Shown: piece after piece, positions 29,001 to 37,594 of the stretch
How positions within the stretch are numbered: the first letter of the stretch is position 1
Layout of the letters: each line of letters begins with the position of its first letter
Assembly (NCBI GenBank): GCA_040222015.1
Contig: JAVJWO010000162.1
Span: 1 to 63,127, forward strand
DNA: 63,127 nt
Reading direction: 5' to 3'
From: Coleofasciculus chthonoplastes F2-STO-03
Lineage (GTDB): Bacteria; Cyanobacteriota; Cyanobacteriia; Cyanobacteriales; Coleofasciculaceae
Made by a program: the position numbers and the translations under genes
The notes under the pieces: generated by a model
Databases searched by the model: none
Told to the model about the DNA's origin: nothing
The model's input: the letters and a program-made list of their open reading frames with translations, nothing else

Positions 29001-30268
29001 CCCGCCACATCAGCAACGGCAAATTCCTCGAATCCTCCATCTGAACTAACCAACTTAGAAAAGAGATATACATAAGTACTGCCTGTTGCTCCAGAAAAAG
29101 CGGTTTCAGGAACGTAAATCGAGGCATCAAATGAACTCGTTCCTGGTGTTAAACCAGCATCAAGCAGTACTGAACTGTCTAAATCAAAAACAGCTTGTCC
29201 ATTATTTAAGGCACCAATTAGTGTCTGATTGCTTGGATCATAAGCACTCAATGTAGCCGAATTGCCCAGAAAGAGTCGGAACTCTTGTAGCGTAATCTCA
29301 GAGGCACTATTTTTTTCATTCAGATCCAGGCGGATTTCGCGAAAGGTTTCTCCACCAATCGTCACCTGTTGCAGTTCAGACAGTTGGAGCGATCGCGCCG
29401 ACTGCACATCAGGTTGACTTACTGCTGCATCTGTGTTATAACCTTCCTCTTCCGGAGTGGCTTTCAGTTTAAGAAACGAGTCATTGGTTCCAGCACCCGA
29501 TGCTAAATCAGCACGAACAATATAAGCACCATTGACAAATCCTGACTGATTTTGGGTTAAATCCAGAACCGAGTCGGTGAAAATATGGGGTTCAGCCGCT
29601 TCCCCAGTTTTCAAATCGGTAGCGGTTAACTGGAACGTTTCATTCGCCGAATCATCGGGATTAACATACCATTCGGTGACAATTGTCCCATTCTTTAGAC
29701 CATCGAGATCTTTAGGACTTCCATCTTTCACTACCCAAGGATAGTGTCCTTTCCCTGAATCAGAGGGAGCAACAAGCACATCATCGGCTGTACCAAACTC
29801 ACCATCAGCACCCGCTTCGAGATGTTGCACCTGCAATTTGACCACCGCACCTGGATCAAACCCTGTAGCAGTAATCGTCGCCGTTTCACCTGGTTGGTAA
29901 TCTTGCTTATCCGTTTCGACTGTTGGTGTACTGGTTGTCTCTGCTTCAGCCACGTCAATCTGAAATAGCTGAGACACGTTCTTTATCAATGAGCCAGAAA
30001 CAGCTAGCGGTTCTCGAAGATCTGTAATAATTCTAGAGAGATAGTCTAAGCGTGAGTTCTCTCGCGTAAGAGGAGCAGGTTTACCTGTGCCAAACTCACT
30101 ATCAGGAACTGCGTCTAGTTCCAGATGGCGTGGCTCAAAAAACGGCTTGACCTGAGATAAGAGAGAAAAAACTCGATTTAATCGAGGAGACAATAACCGA
30201 GGTGGAACTGTCTCCGTCAGCAATTCATATAAATAAGGGAAGTCTAAATACTTAGTAGCAGTCATCAT
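26099..30268 (-). CDS. Large acidic surface protein: SdrD-B/CnaB-like repeats, DUF11-like domain and C-terminal RTX Ca-binding repeats
   Basis: Three ISGxxFEDxxGDG...DFGN units; DLEVVK...YTLTVINNG; GG.G.D.L.GG nonapeptides; no Sec signal, consistent with a type I secretion substrate. Confidence 0.8.
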   Translation of the reverse strand: MMTATKYLDFPYLYELLTETVPPRLLSPRLNRVFSLLSQVKPFFEPRHLELDAVPDSEFGTGKPAPLTRENSRLDYLSRIITDLREPLAVSGSLIKNVSQLFQIDVAEAETTSTPTVETDKQDYQPGETATITATGFDPGAVVKLQVQHLEAGADGEFGTADDVLVAPSDSGKGHYPWVVKDGSPKDLDGLKNGTIVTEWYVNPDDSANETFQLTATDLKTGEAAEPHIFTDSVLDLTQNQSGFVNGAYIVRADLASGAGTNDSFLKLKATPEEEGYNTDAAVSQPDVQSARSLQLSELQQVTIGGETFREIRLDLNEKNSASEITLQEFRLFLGNSATLSAYDPSNQTLIGALNNGQAVFDLDSSVLLDAGLTPGTSSFDASIYVPETAFSGATGSTYVYLFSKLVSSDGGFEEFAVADVAGIDPEGTISGRVFEDLNGDGDDEAGADPDLDNVTIKLFLDDGDGIFEANEGAFDPTKDSLVTTTTSVNGSYSFSDVLGGDYFVRQVTPTGFIQTTTAPNLITIGSSTTVTGIDFGNVEEFGSISGQKFEDIDGDGVKDAGETGLAGWTIFIDSDNDGVKDAGETSTVTDSNGDYSFTDLSAGTYTIREVQQTSWLQTTTNPSAINVTSGTDTTGVDFGNFQLGTISGQKFEDSDGDGVKDAGEAGLADWTIFIDSDDDGVLDAGETSTTTDASGNYSFTDLTVGTYTIREVQQTGWVQKTANPSPILVESGTNATDIDFGNRQEVDLEVVKTFIPTYEGQNIAIPNEEFSYTLTVINNGLATAESVLITDIADLQLNVSELIIPVGAINLDEYDPDQDGTIDPYIAANGQSLIGDGNPDSVEVVIPSLSSGESAQFTVKTIVSSEYVQTNNIYASLGENSELSEYNNTQVQGKSWLPVNKIDKVAGSSIVNVQQNLVGGQVSVTANGANVFESNTSNNTSADYGTIPFMQYIGTLSNGEQVRLYSDLFDPQTDDPLNPEYATILDFDYCISTVTGQIVYDNCNSLIASGQAYNTSAFLPDGTEGAAALHFNFDNKGLISLIPNEWNAFLALDTFTDPTAAQQIVEFNQQLMEEGHAGADIFTDGALQLTNPNTNQTELLAITEAQVTPDFVDNVIILVKSDGVYFADENLTPGTQIINYNDLQDALNTLAPATNPLSSLKIVMDSSVTTTRLRTLDLNSLQDKGYLATDLEILGTTMTFDTQNGKGDIDLSQLNVIAPVNATVKLKGSNGADTIEGSSFSEIIEGNNGSDELIGNLGDDQLWGNLGADLMRGDGGDDLLVGGSGSDTLRGGFGADILVGANYDVNTQTVTQDGSTDVYVLEENAGLDIVRGYDVGSDQIGLLGILQNDIVLTQQGADSIISLNGEDIMQVEGVNTANLAFTTSFSYI

Positions 30269-30869
30269 GATGTGAGGAACAATTAGCCCTGATCAACAAC
30301 AGTGAGAGTAAGCTGCACCCGATGGAAAGTGTATCAATCAGTCTTAAAAAAGATACCACCCCCATTGCTGGGCAATGGTTTGAACGTTATCACTTTTCAA
30401 GAATTCTTCAAGCTGGCTATAGTTTGTATAGCCAGAATAGCTATACAAAAGATTTCTCTTGCATGGCTTTCAGAACTCATTTTAAGATCACTCAATTTAT
30501 TTTTTCAGCAGATATTGAAGGCTATGATAACCAAATACAATACCTCTTTATATAAAGATTATGTAAAGTTATATCTAATTAATGTGAAAACATGATGAAG
30601 TTAGCTATTGAACCTATCGTATGTACTTTTTACGAATTCTGCCATGGGATCAAACTTGACCACTGGATAAAATCGTAAAACTTGGTAAAAGTTCGTAAAA
30701 ATTCACCCTGACCTAGCTTTTATACCGAATCCCGGTTAACTACCCTCTTTATCAGCAGGGACAAGGAAACAGGCAATAGGCTTTCATCGGCTAAGGGATA
30801 AAGGGGATTCTCAAGGCGGATTGGGTATTACACAAAGATTGCGCTACTATCAATAAAAAATGAGAACCT

Positions 30870-32468
30870 ATGAATCAGTGTAAGCCTCAGAAAGTCTGCA
30901 TTGTCACGGGTGGTAACTCAGGTGTAGGTTTGATGACTGCTGTTGGGCTCGCCCAATTCGGTCATCATGTATTCATCGCCTGTCGTTGTGCCAGTAAAGC
31001 TGAGAAATCTGTCAATTATATTCGCTCCTCCACCGGAAATCCCAAGGTTGAGTTTTTGCCACTCGATTTAGCATCCCTTGATTCAGTTCGCACATTTGTG
31101 GAACTGTTTCAGGACAGACAGCTTCCGCTGCATTTGTTAGTGAATAATGCGGGTGTTTTCAATGCCAGAGGCACAACTCAAGAAGGATTTGAACTCATTT
31201 GGGGCATTAACTATTTGGGGCAGTTTCTACTGACAAATTTGCTACTGAAAACGCTTCAACATTCAGCCCCCAGTCGAATTATCATGGTTGCCTCGGATTT
31301 AGCATTGCGCCCCACGTCTATTAAATGGGAATGTTTTGTCAGGAAGACACCTTTAAATTTTATAGAACTGTATGCCGTATCAAAGCTGTGCTTATTGATA
31401 TTGACTCAAGAACTGTCACGGCGCTTAGAGAATACCCACATAACTGTTAATGCAATTCATCCCGGATTTGTGCAATCTAATATAACCTTAGGGCATCGCT
31501 TAAGCAAGTATTTAGGCATTGGTATTTCACCCCAAGACAGTGCTTCGGGTTTGCTGACTTGTGCAACATCTCCTGATTTTGCAGAGGTAACGGGTAAGTT
31601 TTTTGATTATCAGCAGAACGAAATCGAACTTCCTGATCTAGCCAAAGATACTGAACTAGCTCAACAGTTGTGGGAACAGAGTCGCTTGTGGACAGGCTGT
31701 CATCAAGACAATCCGAAAACCCCTGCCAAACCTGAGACGGCTGTTGGACTTTTAGAACCCTATTCGCTGGCATTTAGTCCCCCTGAACTCGGTTATCTTA
31801 CCCAAACTATTGTTGAAAATGTATTGCCTAACCCCCCGCTAAAAAACCAATTTTATCATTTTATTCACCTTTTATTTAATCTCAAAATTGGAGCAATCCT
31901 TCTACTTGTCAATCAACTCCGCAAGAAAGAGTTTTATATGGAAAGACATCTTGATTCAGAGGCTGTTTGGTCTATCTGCCAAGATAAAAACTTACGACAG
32001 AAATTGAACGAGTATTTAGGTGAAGCGTTAGTCTTATGGCGTTCGGAAATTTGGGTTAATTATCCCTCGCAGCAACTGATTCCATTTTGGCATCAAGACT
32101 CCTATCCCAATCTGCTTCAAGGGAAAGGCAAAACTATCAATGTCTACATTGCGCTAACCGAGGTTAATGAACGGAATGGGTTTGAGTACATCCCTAATTT
32201 TCAACTTACTCCGGATGTCTCGATTAAAATAAAAGACCCGTTTAGTGGCAATTGTTTGTTTAATTTGCCAGAAGACTTAGAACAGCAAGCCATTCCTGTG
32301 GTTTTGCGTCCTGGAGAATTTGTTTTATTTACCGATCAACTCATGCATCGTTCGATTCGCAATACCAGTGGTCAAGTTCGGCTAGCCCTCACCCTGCGGC
32401 TTACTCAACCCTCTGTTCATATCGTGTCAAGCTATAGTCCTATTTACAGTCAGCCTGTATTGTTGTAA
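30870..32468 (+). CDS. SDR oxidoreductase (retinol-dehydrogenase-like) fused to a PhyH/SyrB2-like Fe(II)/2OG oxygenase
   Basis: TGGNSGVG, NNAG, YAVSK; C-terminal RHLD...WRSE...WHQD...HRS...R. Confidence 0.8.
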   Translation: MNQCKPQKVCIVTGGNSGVGLMTAVGLAQFGHHVFIACRCASKAEKSVNYIRSSTGNPKVEFLPLDLASLDSVRTFVELFQDRQLPLHLLVNNAGVFNARGTTQEGFELIWGINYLGQFLLTNLLLKTLQHSAPSRIIMVASDLALRPTSIKWECFVRKTPLNFIELYAVSKLCLLILTQELSRRLENTHITVNAIHPGFVQSNITLGHRLSKYLGIGISPQDSASGLLTCATSPDFAEVTGKFFDYQQNEIELPDLAKDTELAQQLWEQSRLWTGCHQDNPKTPAKPETAVGLLEPYSLAFSPPELGYLTQTIVENVLPNPPLKNQFYHFIHLLFNLKIGAILLLVNQLRKKEFYMERHLDSEAVWSICQDKNLRQKLNEYLGEALVLWRSEIWVNYPSQQLIPFWHQDSYPNLLQGKGKTINVYIALTEVNERNGFEYIPNFQLTPDVSIKIKDPFSGNCLFNLPEDLEQQAIPVVLRPGEFVLFTDQLMHRSIRNTSGQVRLALTLRLTQPSVHIVSSYSPIYSQPVLL

Positions 32469-32487
32469 GTTCTGCTAACATGAAATA

Positions 32488-32619
32488 TAAGTACCTGGAC
32501 ATAAATTCTGTAGGCTGTACTAAGAAATATTAAGAATACTCAAATCCTTACTGTTGCCTGTTGCCTTTTCCCTGTTGCCTAATCTCAACCATTAATTTTA
32601 ATGAAAGTCCGACTACTTA
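32488..32619. mobile_element. MITE-like element (TAAGTA...TACTTA ends) containing TGTTGCC repeats
   Basis: Imperfect terminal inverted repeats TAAGTACCTGGAC / GTCCGACTACTTA. Confidence 0.45.
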
Positions 32620-32701
32620 GGAAATTGGCTCTCCTGTATTTAGGCTAATAAGGAAACGCGGGTTTGTTGAAAACATTTATTCAAGTTAGGAGGCATTTTC
32701 A

Positions 32702-34342
32702 ATGTCATTTAAAAAGTTTCTGGTAATTGGCACAACGCTAGTCTTGGTAGGGGGTGGCGCTGCTTATCTCTACGCCAAAGGATTCTGGGGAGTCGCCGAC
32801 ACCCCAGCCGCTAGTGCTAAAGTTATTCCCGATGAAGCGGTGATGGCGGGCTTTATTTCTACTGACCCTCAATCCTGGATGAAGTTGCAGAAGTTTGGTA
32901 CGCCTGAACTGCAAACGTTAGTGAATCAGAGTCTGGAAAATTTACAAGCAGAAACCTTTAAGGATTCCCAAATTAGTTACGAGGAAGATTTGAAACCGTG
33001 GTTGGGCAATGTAATGGTCGCCATTTTACCAACTACTTCTCCAGAAGCTATGGACGACTCCAATCTGTTGACAGTTGTTACTATTAAAAATAAGTTTAGT
33101 CTGTTAAAGTTTGCCAACCAGTTAAAAACTGAGGAAAAACTGGGAAAAACTGATGAGATTGACTATAACGGGTTGACGATTTTGGAGACAATCGACGAGG
33201 GGCAAACCTTCTATTCAGTGGTGTTGAGACAGCATTTGGTCATATCTGAAGACTTGAAACCTGTACAATTAGCGATTGACAGCTATAAGGGAGAACCATC
33301 TCTGGCTAGCGAAGGGAATATTGCCAAACTATTCTCCCAGGATATGGATCTGCTCAACCCTGTTGCCAAGTTTTATATCCCTGACTATACTGCTTTTGTG
33401 CAAGAAATGGTTGCTAATAATCCAGGAGTTGCTCCCTTACCTCCCGCCACGTTAGAACAATTGCAAGCGTTTAAGTCAGTCAAAATGGGTGTCGGAATTG
33501 ATGACATAGGAATTCGCATGAAAACCATTGCCAATGTTGAACCCTCTGAAATTCAAGTCGAATTTCAGCCCAATCCGGGTCAAATTATCAGTCAATTTCC
33601 CGCTTCAACCATGATGCTGTTAACTGGAAATGGAATTAGTCAGGGATGGGAAACAATGAGCCAATCCGCCCAAACCGATCCCCAATTGCAGCAAGGGCTC
33701 AACAGCCTCAGAAGTGCCGCCAATAGCATTAATTTAGATGTGGATCAGGATATCTTTGGCTGGATGGATGGGGAATTTGCCATCGGCGTGATTCCCTCCA
33801 GGGAAGGGATACTCGCCCCCATCGGCTTTGGTGGGGTGATTGTCTTTCAAACCAGCGATCGCGCCACCGCCCAAGCTACGTTAACTCAACTTGATACCCT
33901 CGCTCAACAAAATACTATTCAAGTTTCACCCACAACAGTTCAAGGACAATCGATTACCGAATGGACAATTCCGGGACAAGGAACCTGGTTAGGACATGGT
34001 TGGCTGGATCAGAACTCCCTGTTTATCGCCATTGGCGAACCGATGATTGAAACAATGCTGGCGAATACTGAACCGTCTCTGGATCAGAGTGATTCGTTTA
34101 TTAGAGTAACAGAAGCTTTACCTGAATCTAACAGCGGTTACTTTTATTTAGATATGGATAAAACGATGACAGTGGTAAATTATTTTATCGAAAATACAAC
34201 CCCAGACACACCAGAACCTGCCCCCGATACTCAAACCGCTTTAGCTATTTTAAATTCTGTGCAAGGGATCGGCGGAACTGTGACTCAAGACAACCCTTCT
34301 ACTCATATTTTTGAAATGATTGTTACTTTTAAATCTAATTAG
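32702..34342 (+). CDS. DUF3352 family membrane-anchored protein
   Basis: N-terminal TM; YEEDLKPWLG, DIFGWMDGEFA, NSGYFYLD motifs; AGGAGG SD. Confidence 0.78.
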   Translation: MSFKKFLVIGTTLVLVGGGAAYLYAKGFWGVADTPAASAKVIPDEAVMAGFISTDPQSWMKLQKFGTPELQTLVNQSLENLQAETFKDSQISYEEDLKPWLGNVMVAILPTTSPEAMDDSNLLTVVTIKNKFSLLKFANQLKTEEKLGKTDEIDYNGLTILETIDEGQTFYSVVLRQHLVISEDLKPVQLAIDSYKGEPSLASEGNIAKLFSQDMDLLNPVAKFYIPDYTAFVQEMVANNPGVAPLPPATLEQLQAFKSVKMGVGIDDIGIRMKTIANVEPSEIQVEFQPNPGQIISQFPASTMMLLTGNGISQGWETMSQSAQTDPQLQQGLNSLRSAANSINLDVDQDIFGWMDGEFAIGVIPSREGILAPIGFGGVIVFQTSDRATAQATLTQLDTLAQQNTIQVSPTTVQGQSITEWTIPGQGTWLGHGWLDQNSLFIAIGEPMIETMLANTEPSLDQSDSFIRVTEALPESNSGYFYLDMDKTMTVVNYFIENTTPDTPEPAPDTQTALAILNSVQGIGGTVTQDNPSTHIFEMIVTFKSN

Positions 34343-34522
34343 AATGTCAACAGGGAACAGGTAACAGGGAACAGGGAACAGGGAACAGGGAACAGGTAGA
34401 GTTAGTTTTGAGTTAACTTCCCCAGCTTCCCCTGCTCCCAGACGTGCCATGGCACGTCTCTACATTGCTTCCCCATCTCCCCCATAAGACTTATTCAGCC
34501 GTTCCTAATTAGAGTTTTCGTC

Positions 34523-35443
34523 TTAACGGTGGTGAAATTCGACAACATTTTCTCGAATCACTACATCATAGTGACTATAGAAGTCTTGACCCAATAATCC
34601 TACGTCTAAATTTGCACCCCCGATCGCGACGTTTATATTCTGTTGAACGGCTTCTCCGACAGCGATAGATTTAACTTGACCAATGGCAAATTTAACGCCC
34701 TTAGCACTGGCTGTATTGGCAGTAATTTCACCCTCTGGAACTATACCCAGACGCTGCGCCATGACTTGAGTAATGACTGTACCACTTGCCCCTGTATCAA
34801 CGACCATGTTAAAGGTCTGTTCGTCATTAAACGTTACTTCAATCACGGGGGTTTGACCAATTCGCTGCTTGATTGGCGCTTTAACGATTTTGGCGGTTTC
34901 TCTATTTCCCGGTAACGGGTTCTCGGATGTCGCCGGATTTGCCCCATCCGCGTCTGAGGAATCTGGGGATTTCGTAACCGTTTTGGTGGCGACGGTTAGG
35001 GGTTCAGGATCAGGGAGACGAGGACGAGTCGCTTGTTGTTGGGCTATGTTAAGATTCCGTTGATATTCAGCGATTTTCGATTGCGCGATCGCATGAGTGG
35101 GACTAGACGATGACACTGATTCTAAAAGCGCGATCGCCTCTTGCCAACGGCTGATCACTAACTGCCAATCATCCGCCGATTGAGCCGATTGACTAATCGT
35201 TGCAGCACTATAGGCAGCATCTAGCGCTTGTTTATACAGTTCTGTGGCAGTTGGCTGTGTCTCGGTTTCTGCCGATTCCGGAGGTGTCGAGGATTGAGGG
35301 GAAACACTCGGCGTTGTCGAGGTAACAATGGGTTGAGAGGAGTCTTCCAGACGCCCTGAGGACTCCAAACGACTACAAGCACCTGTGGTTAAGGCTAAGA
35401 TGCCAGAAATAAACAGAATGACGACGCGATCGCAAGATGACAT
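34523..35443 (-). CDS. Lipoprotein with C-terminal retropepsin-like aspartic protease domain
   Basis: Lipobox-like TGAC; VDTGAS and GLLGQDF motifs. Confidence 0.85.
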   Translation of the reverse strand: MSSCDRVVILFISGILALTTGACSRLESSGRLEDSSQPIVTSTTPSVSPQSSTPPESAETETQPTATELYKQALDAAYSAATISQSAQSADDWQLVISRWQEAIALLESVSSSSPTHAIAQSKIAEYQRNLNIAQQQATRPRLPDPEPLTVATKTVTKSPDSSDADGANPATSENPLPGNRETAKIVKAPIKQRIGQTPVIEVTFNDEQTFNMVVDTGASGTVITQVMAQRLGIVPEGEITANTASAKGVKFAIGQVKSIAVGEAVQQNINVAIGGANLDVGLLGQDFYSHYDVVIRENVVEFHHR

Positions 35444-35458
35444 AGGCTCAAAAAGCTC

Positions 35459-35680
35459 TTCATGAACCCTAACCTACTTCGTTGAGGTTAGGGATTGGCA
35501 GAGGGAACTTGTCAGGAAGTCATGAATAGGGCATGAGTTGGTAGGGGATAATCACTTCCGAACGTTTCTCTAGTTCGGACTCTATGTAGGTCTAGGAATC
35601 TCTAGGCACCCTCTAATTCCAGGACACACCCCTATCAATGCCTTAAGAGACGTAAACATTTACACGAGTGGATTATATCT
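35459..35680 (+). ncRNA. Putative omega-RNA (HEARO-like) scaffold of IsrB; 5' guide would come from flank ~35439-35458
   Basis: About 220-nt structured leader directly upstream of the PLMP ORF, including hairpin TCCGAAC...GTTCGGA; this position is diagnostic for IscB/IsrB loci. Confidence 0.7.
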
Positions 35681-36865
35681 ATGAATCGTGTTCCAGTAGT
35701 CAGTAAAGAAGGAAAACCTTTAATGCCCACCAAACCATCCAGGGCTAGACGGTGGGTGAATGTTGGTAGAGCAGTGGGAAAATGGTCAGACCTAGGAGTC
35801 TATTACGTCCAACTCACCAGATCATCATCGGCTGAGGAAGTGCAGCCCATTACCGTTGGAGTCGATCCGGGCAAGTCTTACTCCGGTGTCGGTGTTCAGT
35901 CGGCTAAATGCACTCTGCTACAACTACACCTTATCCTCCCGTTTGGACGGGTGAAGAAACGGATGGAAACCCGTGCCATGTTACGACGGGGACGGCGGGG
36001 ACGGCGGATTAACCGGGATGTTCCATTCAAGCAACGGAACCATCGGCAATGCAAGTTCGATAACCGCAAACAGTGTAAACTTCCCCCATCCATTAAAGCC
36101 TCACGGCAACTGGAGTTGCGGACAGTTATGGAATTAGCGGCTATCTTCCCGGTGACGGCGATTGGTTATGAGCGGGTCAAGGCTGATGTAGATCAGACCA
36201 AACGCAAACGTGCCAAATCGGGCAAGGGCTTCTCCCCAGTGATGACAGGTCAGAATTGGGCAATATCCCAAATGGAAACAATCGCCCTTCGACAAGCTCA
36301 GGGTATCACCCCCGTCTATGTCCGCGAAGGTTGGCAAAAGGATGGGAACGGTACATCCCAACTCCGAACCCAGCTAGGGTTAGAGAAGGACAAGATTAAC
36401 AAGTCCATAGCCAAACCGGAAACCCATGCAGTTGATGGGGTGACGTTGGCTTGCGGGTATTTTGTCAGATATGTCCCGTTCACTGGCTCTAACTCATACG
36501 GTTACACCCACAGGGGTAGCGTTAACGTCACTTCCTCTCCGTTTAAAATCATCACCCGCCCTGGTGCGGTGAAGCGGGGAAAAGAGTATGGCTTTTTCCG
36601 CCGTCAATTACACTTTGAAGTACCGGATAAGTCAGGGACAAGGAAACGTAAGGGCGGGACAATCACTCCGTTTGGTCTAAGGATCGGTGATTTGGTTAGA
36701 GCAGAGAAAGCCGGAAAAATCTACATCGGTTACGTTGGCGGGTTTACCGATACCAAAAAGACCAAAAATATCTCTGTTTGTGACTATACCTGGAAACGGA
36801 TTGGGCAGTTTGCTCCTAGCAAAGTCGAGTTAATTAAGAGAAATAACGGCTTATGTGTAGCGTAA
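35681..36865 (+). CDS. isrB: IsrB (RRXRR family; PLMP + split RuvC, no HNH) RNA-guided nickase
   Basis: KPLMP, RuvC-I VGVDPG, Arg-rich bridge helix RAMLRRGRRGRR, RuvC-II GYE, RuvC-III THAVDG; no CxxC/HNH insert. Confidence 0.85.
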   Translation: MNRVPVVSKEGKPLMPTKPSRARRWVNVGRAVGKWSDLGVYYVQLTRSSSAEEVQPITVGVDPGKSYSGVGVQSAKCTLLQLHLILPFGRVKKRMETRAMLRRGRRGRRINRDVPFKQRNHRQCKFDNRKQCKLPPSIKASRQLELRTVMELAAIFPVTAIGYERVKADVDQTKRKRAKSGKGFSPVMTGQNWAISQMETIALRQAQGITPVYVREGWQKDGNGTSQLRTQLGLEKDKINKSIAKPETHAVDGVTLACGYFVRYVPFTGSNSYGYTHRGSVNVTSSPFKIITRPGAVKRGKEYGFFRRQLHFEVPDKSGTRKRKGGTITPFGLRIGDLVRAEKAGKIYIGYVGGFTDTKKTKNISVCDYTWKRIGQFAPSKVELIKRNNGLCVA

Positions 36866-37106
36866 AAAATTGGATGCCTCCATTCTTCCGGCATCCCGCT
36901 ATCCCTCCTCGCCCTACGAGAGTTGAGGGCGAGGATTCCCGCGAATATGTTGAGCGATTTATTTTTATTATGACGGATGATTTAGCCTTTACCATCTATC
37001 TTATGATGGCTAAAAAATCAAGATCAATTTTGCTGATCCGAAGGCAGATGACAACTGATCTTGCTCAGGCGGTGGGCAATCCACGATTATAAAAGTCACC
37101 TTGATA

Positions 37107-37302
37107 AATAAGGTACGCCGGGACTCGACGAAACCCAAGCAGTTAACTCTGTTTGAAACGCCTAACCCTGAATTAACAGGGTAATAAGGAGATAACACAG
37201 CACCCCTTGAGGTTGACGCTGTGTGCCTAGGAACCCGTTTATCGGGATATATGGAGCGAAATCTCCATAGAATCTCCCTTCTTCCAGAAGGGAGAGTGTC
37301 AA
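37107..37302 (+). mobile_element. Orphan IS605/tnpB right end (reRNA-like relic)
   Basis: Ends GAATCTCCCTTC-TTCCA-GAAGGGAGA-GTG-TCAA; preceded by hairpins and a short frame NKVRRDSTKPKQLTLFETP resembling TnpB tails. Confidence 0.62.
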
Positions 37303-37594
37303 ACTCTAATAACCTCCATCCTATTGATTACCATTTGGTGTAGGTGGCATTACGGTGAAGGCGGTTAGCATTTCAACCATCACGGTGAAATCGACCCCCA
37401 GTAATGCTTATTTCCCTTCAAATTTCCTCATAGCTTCCTTCCCCCAGACTGATTCAGTCGGGGGAATTTTCACGATCGCAGCCACAAATCCTCACCAGTA
37501 TTTCCATTGCCATGGGATAATAACGTCTCAGTTGAGTGTTCGAGTTATCGTACTCTTAGAAAAAAATCAACCAACCATCAACAAAAAACTGCTT

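Larger units (their letters stand above)
35459..36949 (+). mobile_element. IS200/IS605-superfamily OMEGA element carrying isrB, without tnpA (non-autonomous)
   Basis: Terminal hairpins CCCTAACCT..AGGTTAGGG (35467-35493) and TCCTCGCCCT..AGGGCGAGGA (36906-36935); boundaries approximate. Confidence 0.72.

Noticed and set aside
30302..30595. Short ORFs between the adhesin and the SDR fusion
   Set aside because: AT-rich divergent promoter region with no recognisable motifs or SD
31900..32468. Halogenase call for the 2OG domain
   Set aside because: The facial triad is HQD; halogenases have Ala or Gly in place of the Asp
35681..36865. Cas9 or IscB call
   Set aside because: No HNH/CxxC insert between RuvC-II and RuvC-III and no CRISPR array; size and motifs fit IsrB
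37355..37594. 80-aa N-terminal extension of CarA, or a pyrimidine attenuator at the 37438-37470 hairpin
   Set aside because: CarA similarity begins at ATG 37595. The hairpin is real but I see no PyrR-binding consensus, so no function is assigned
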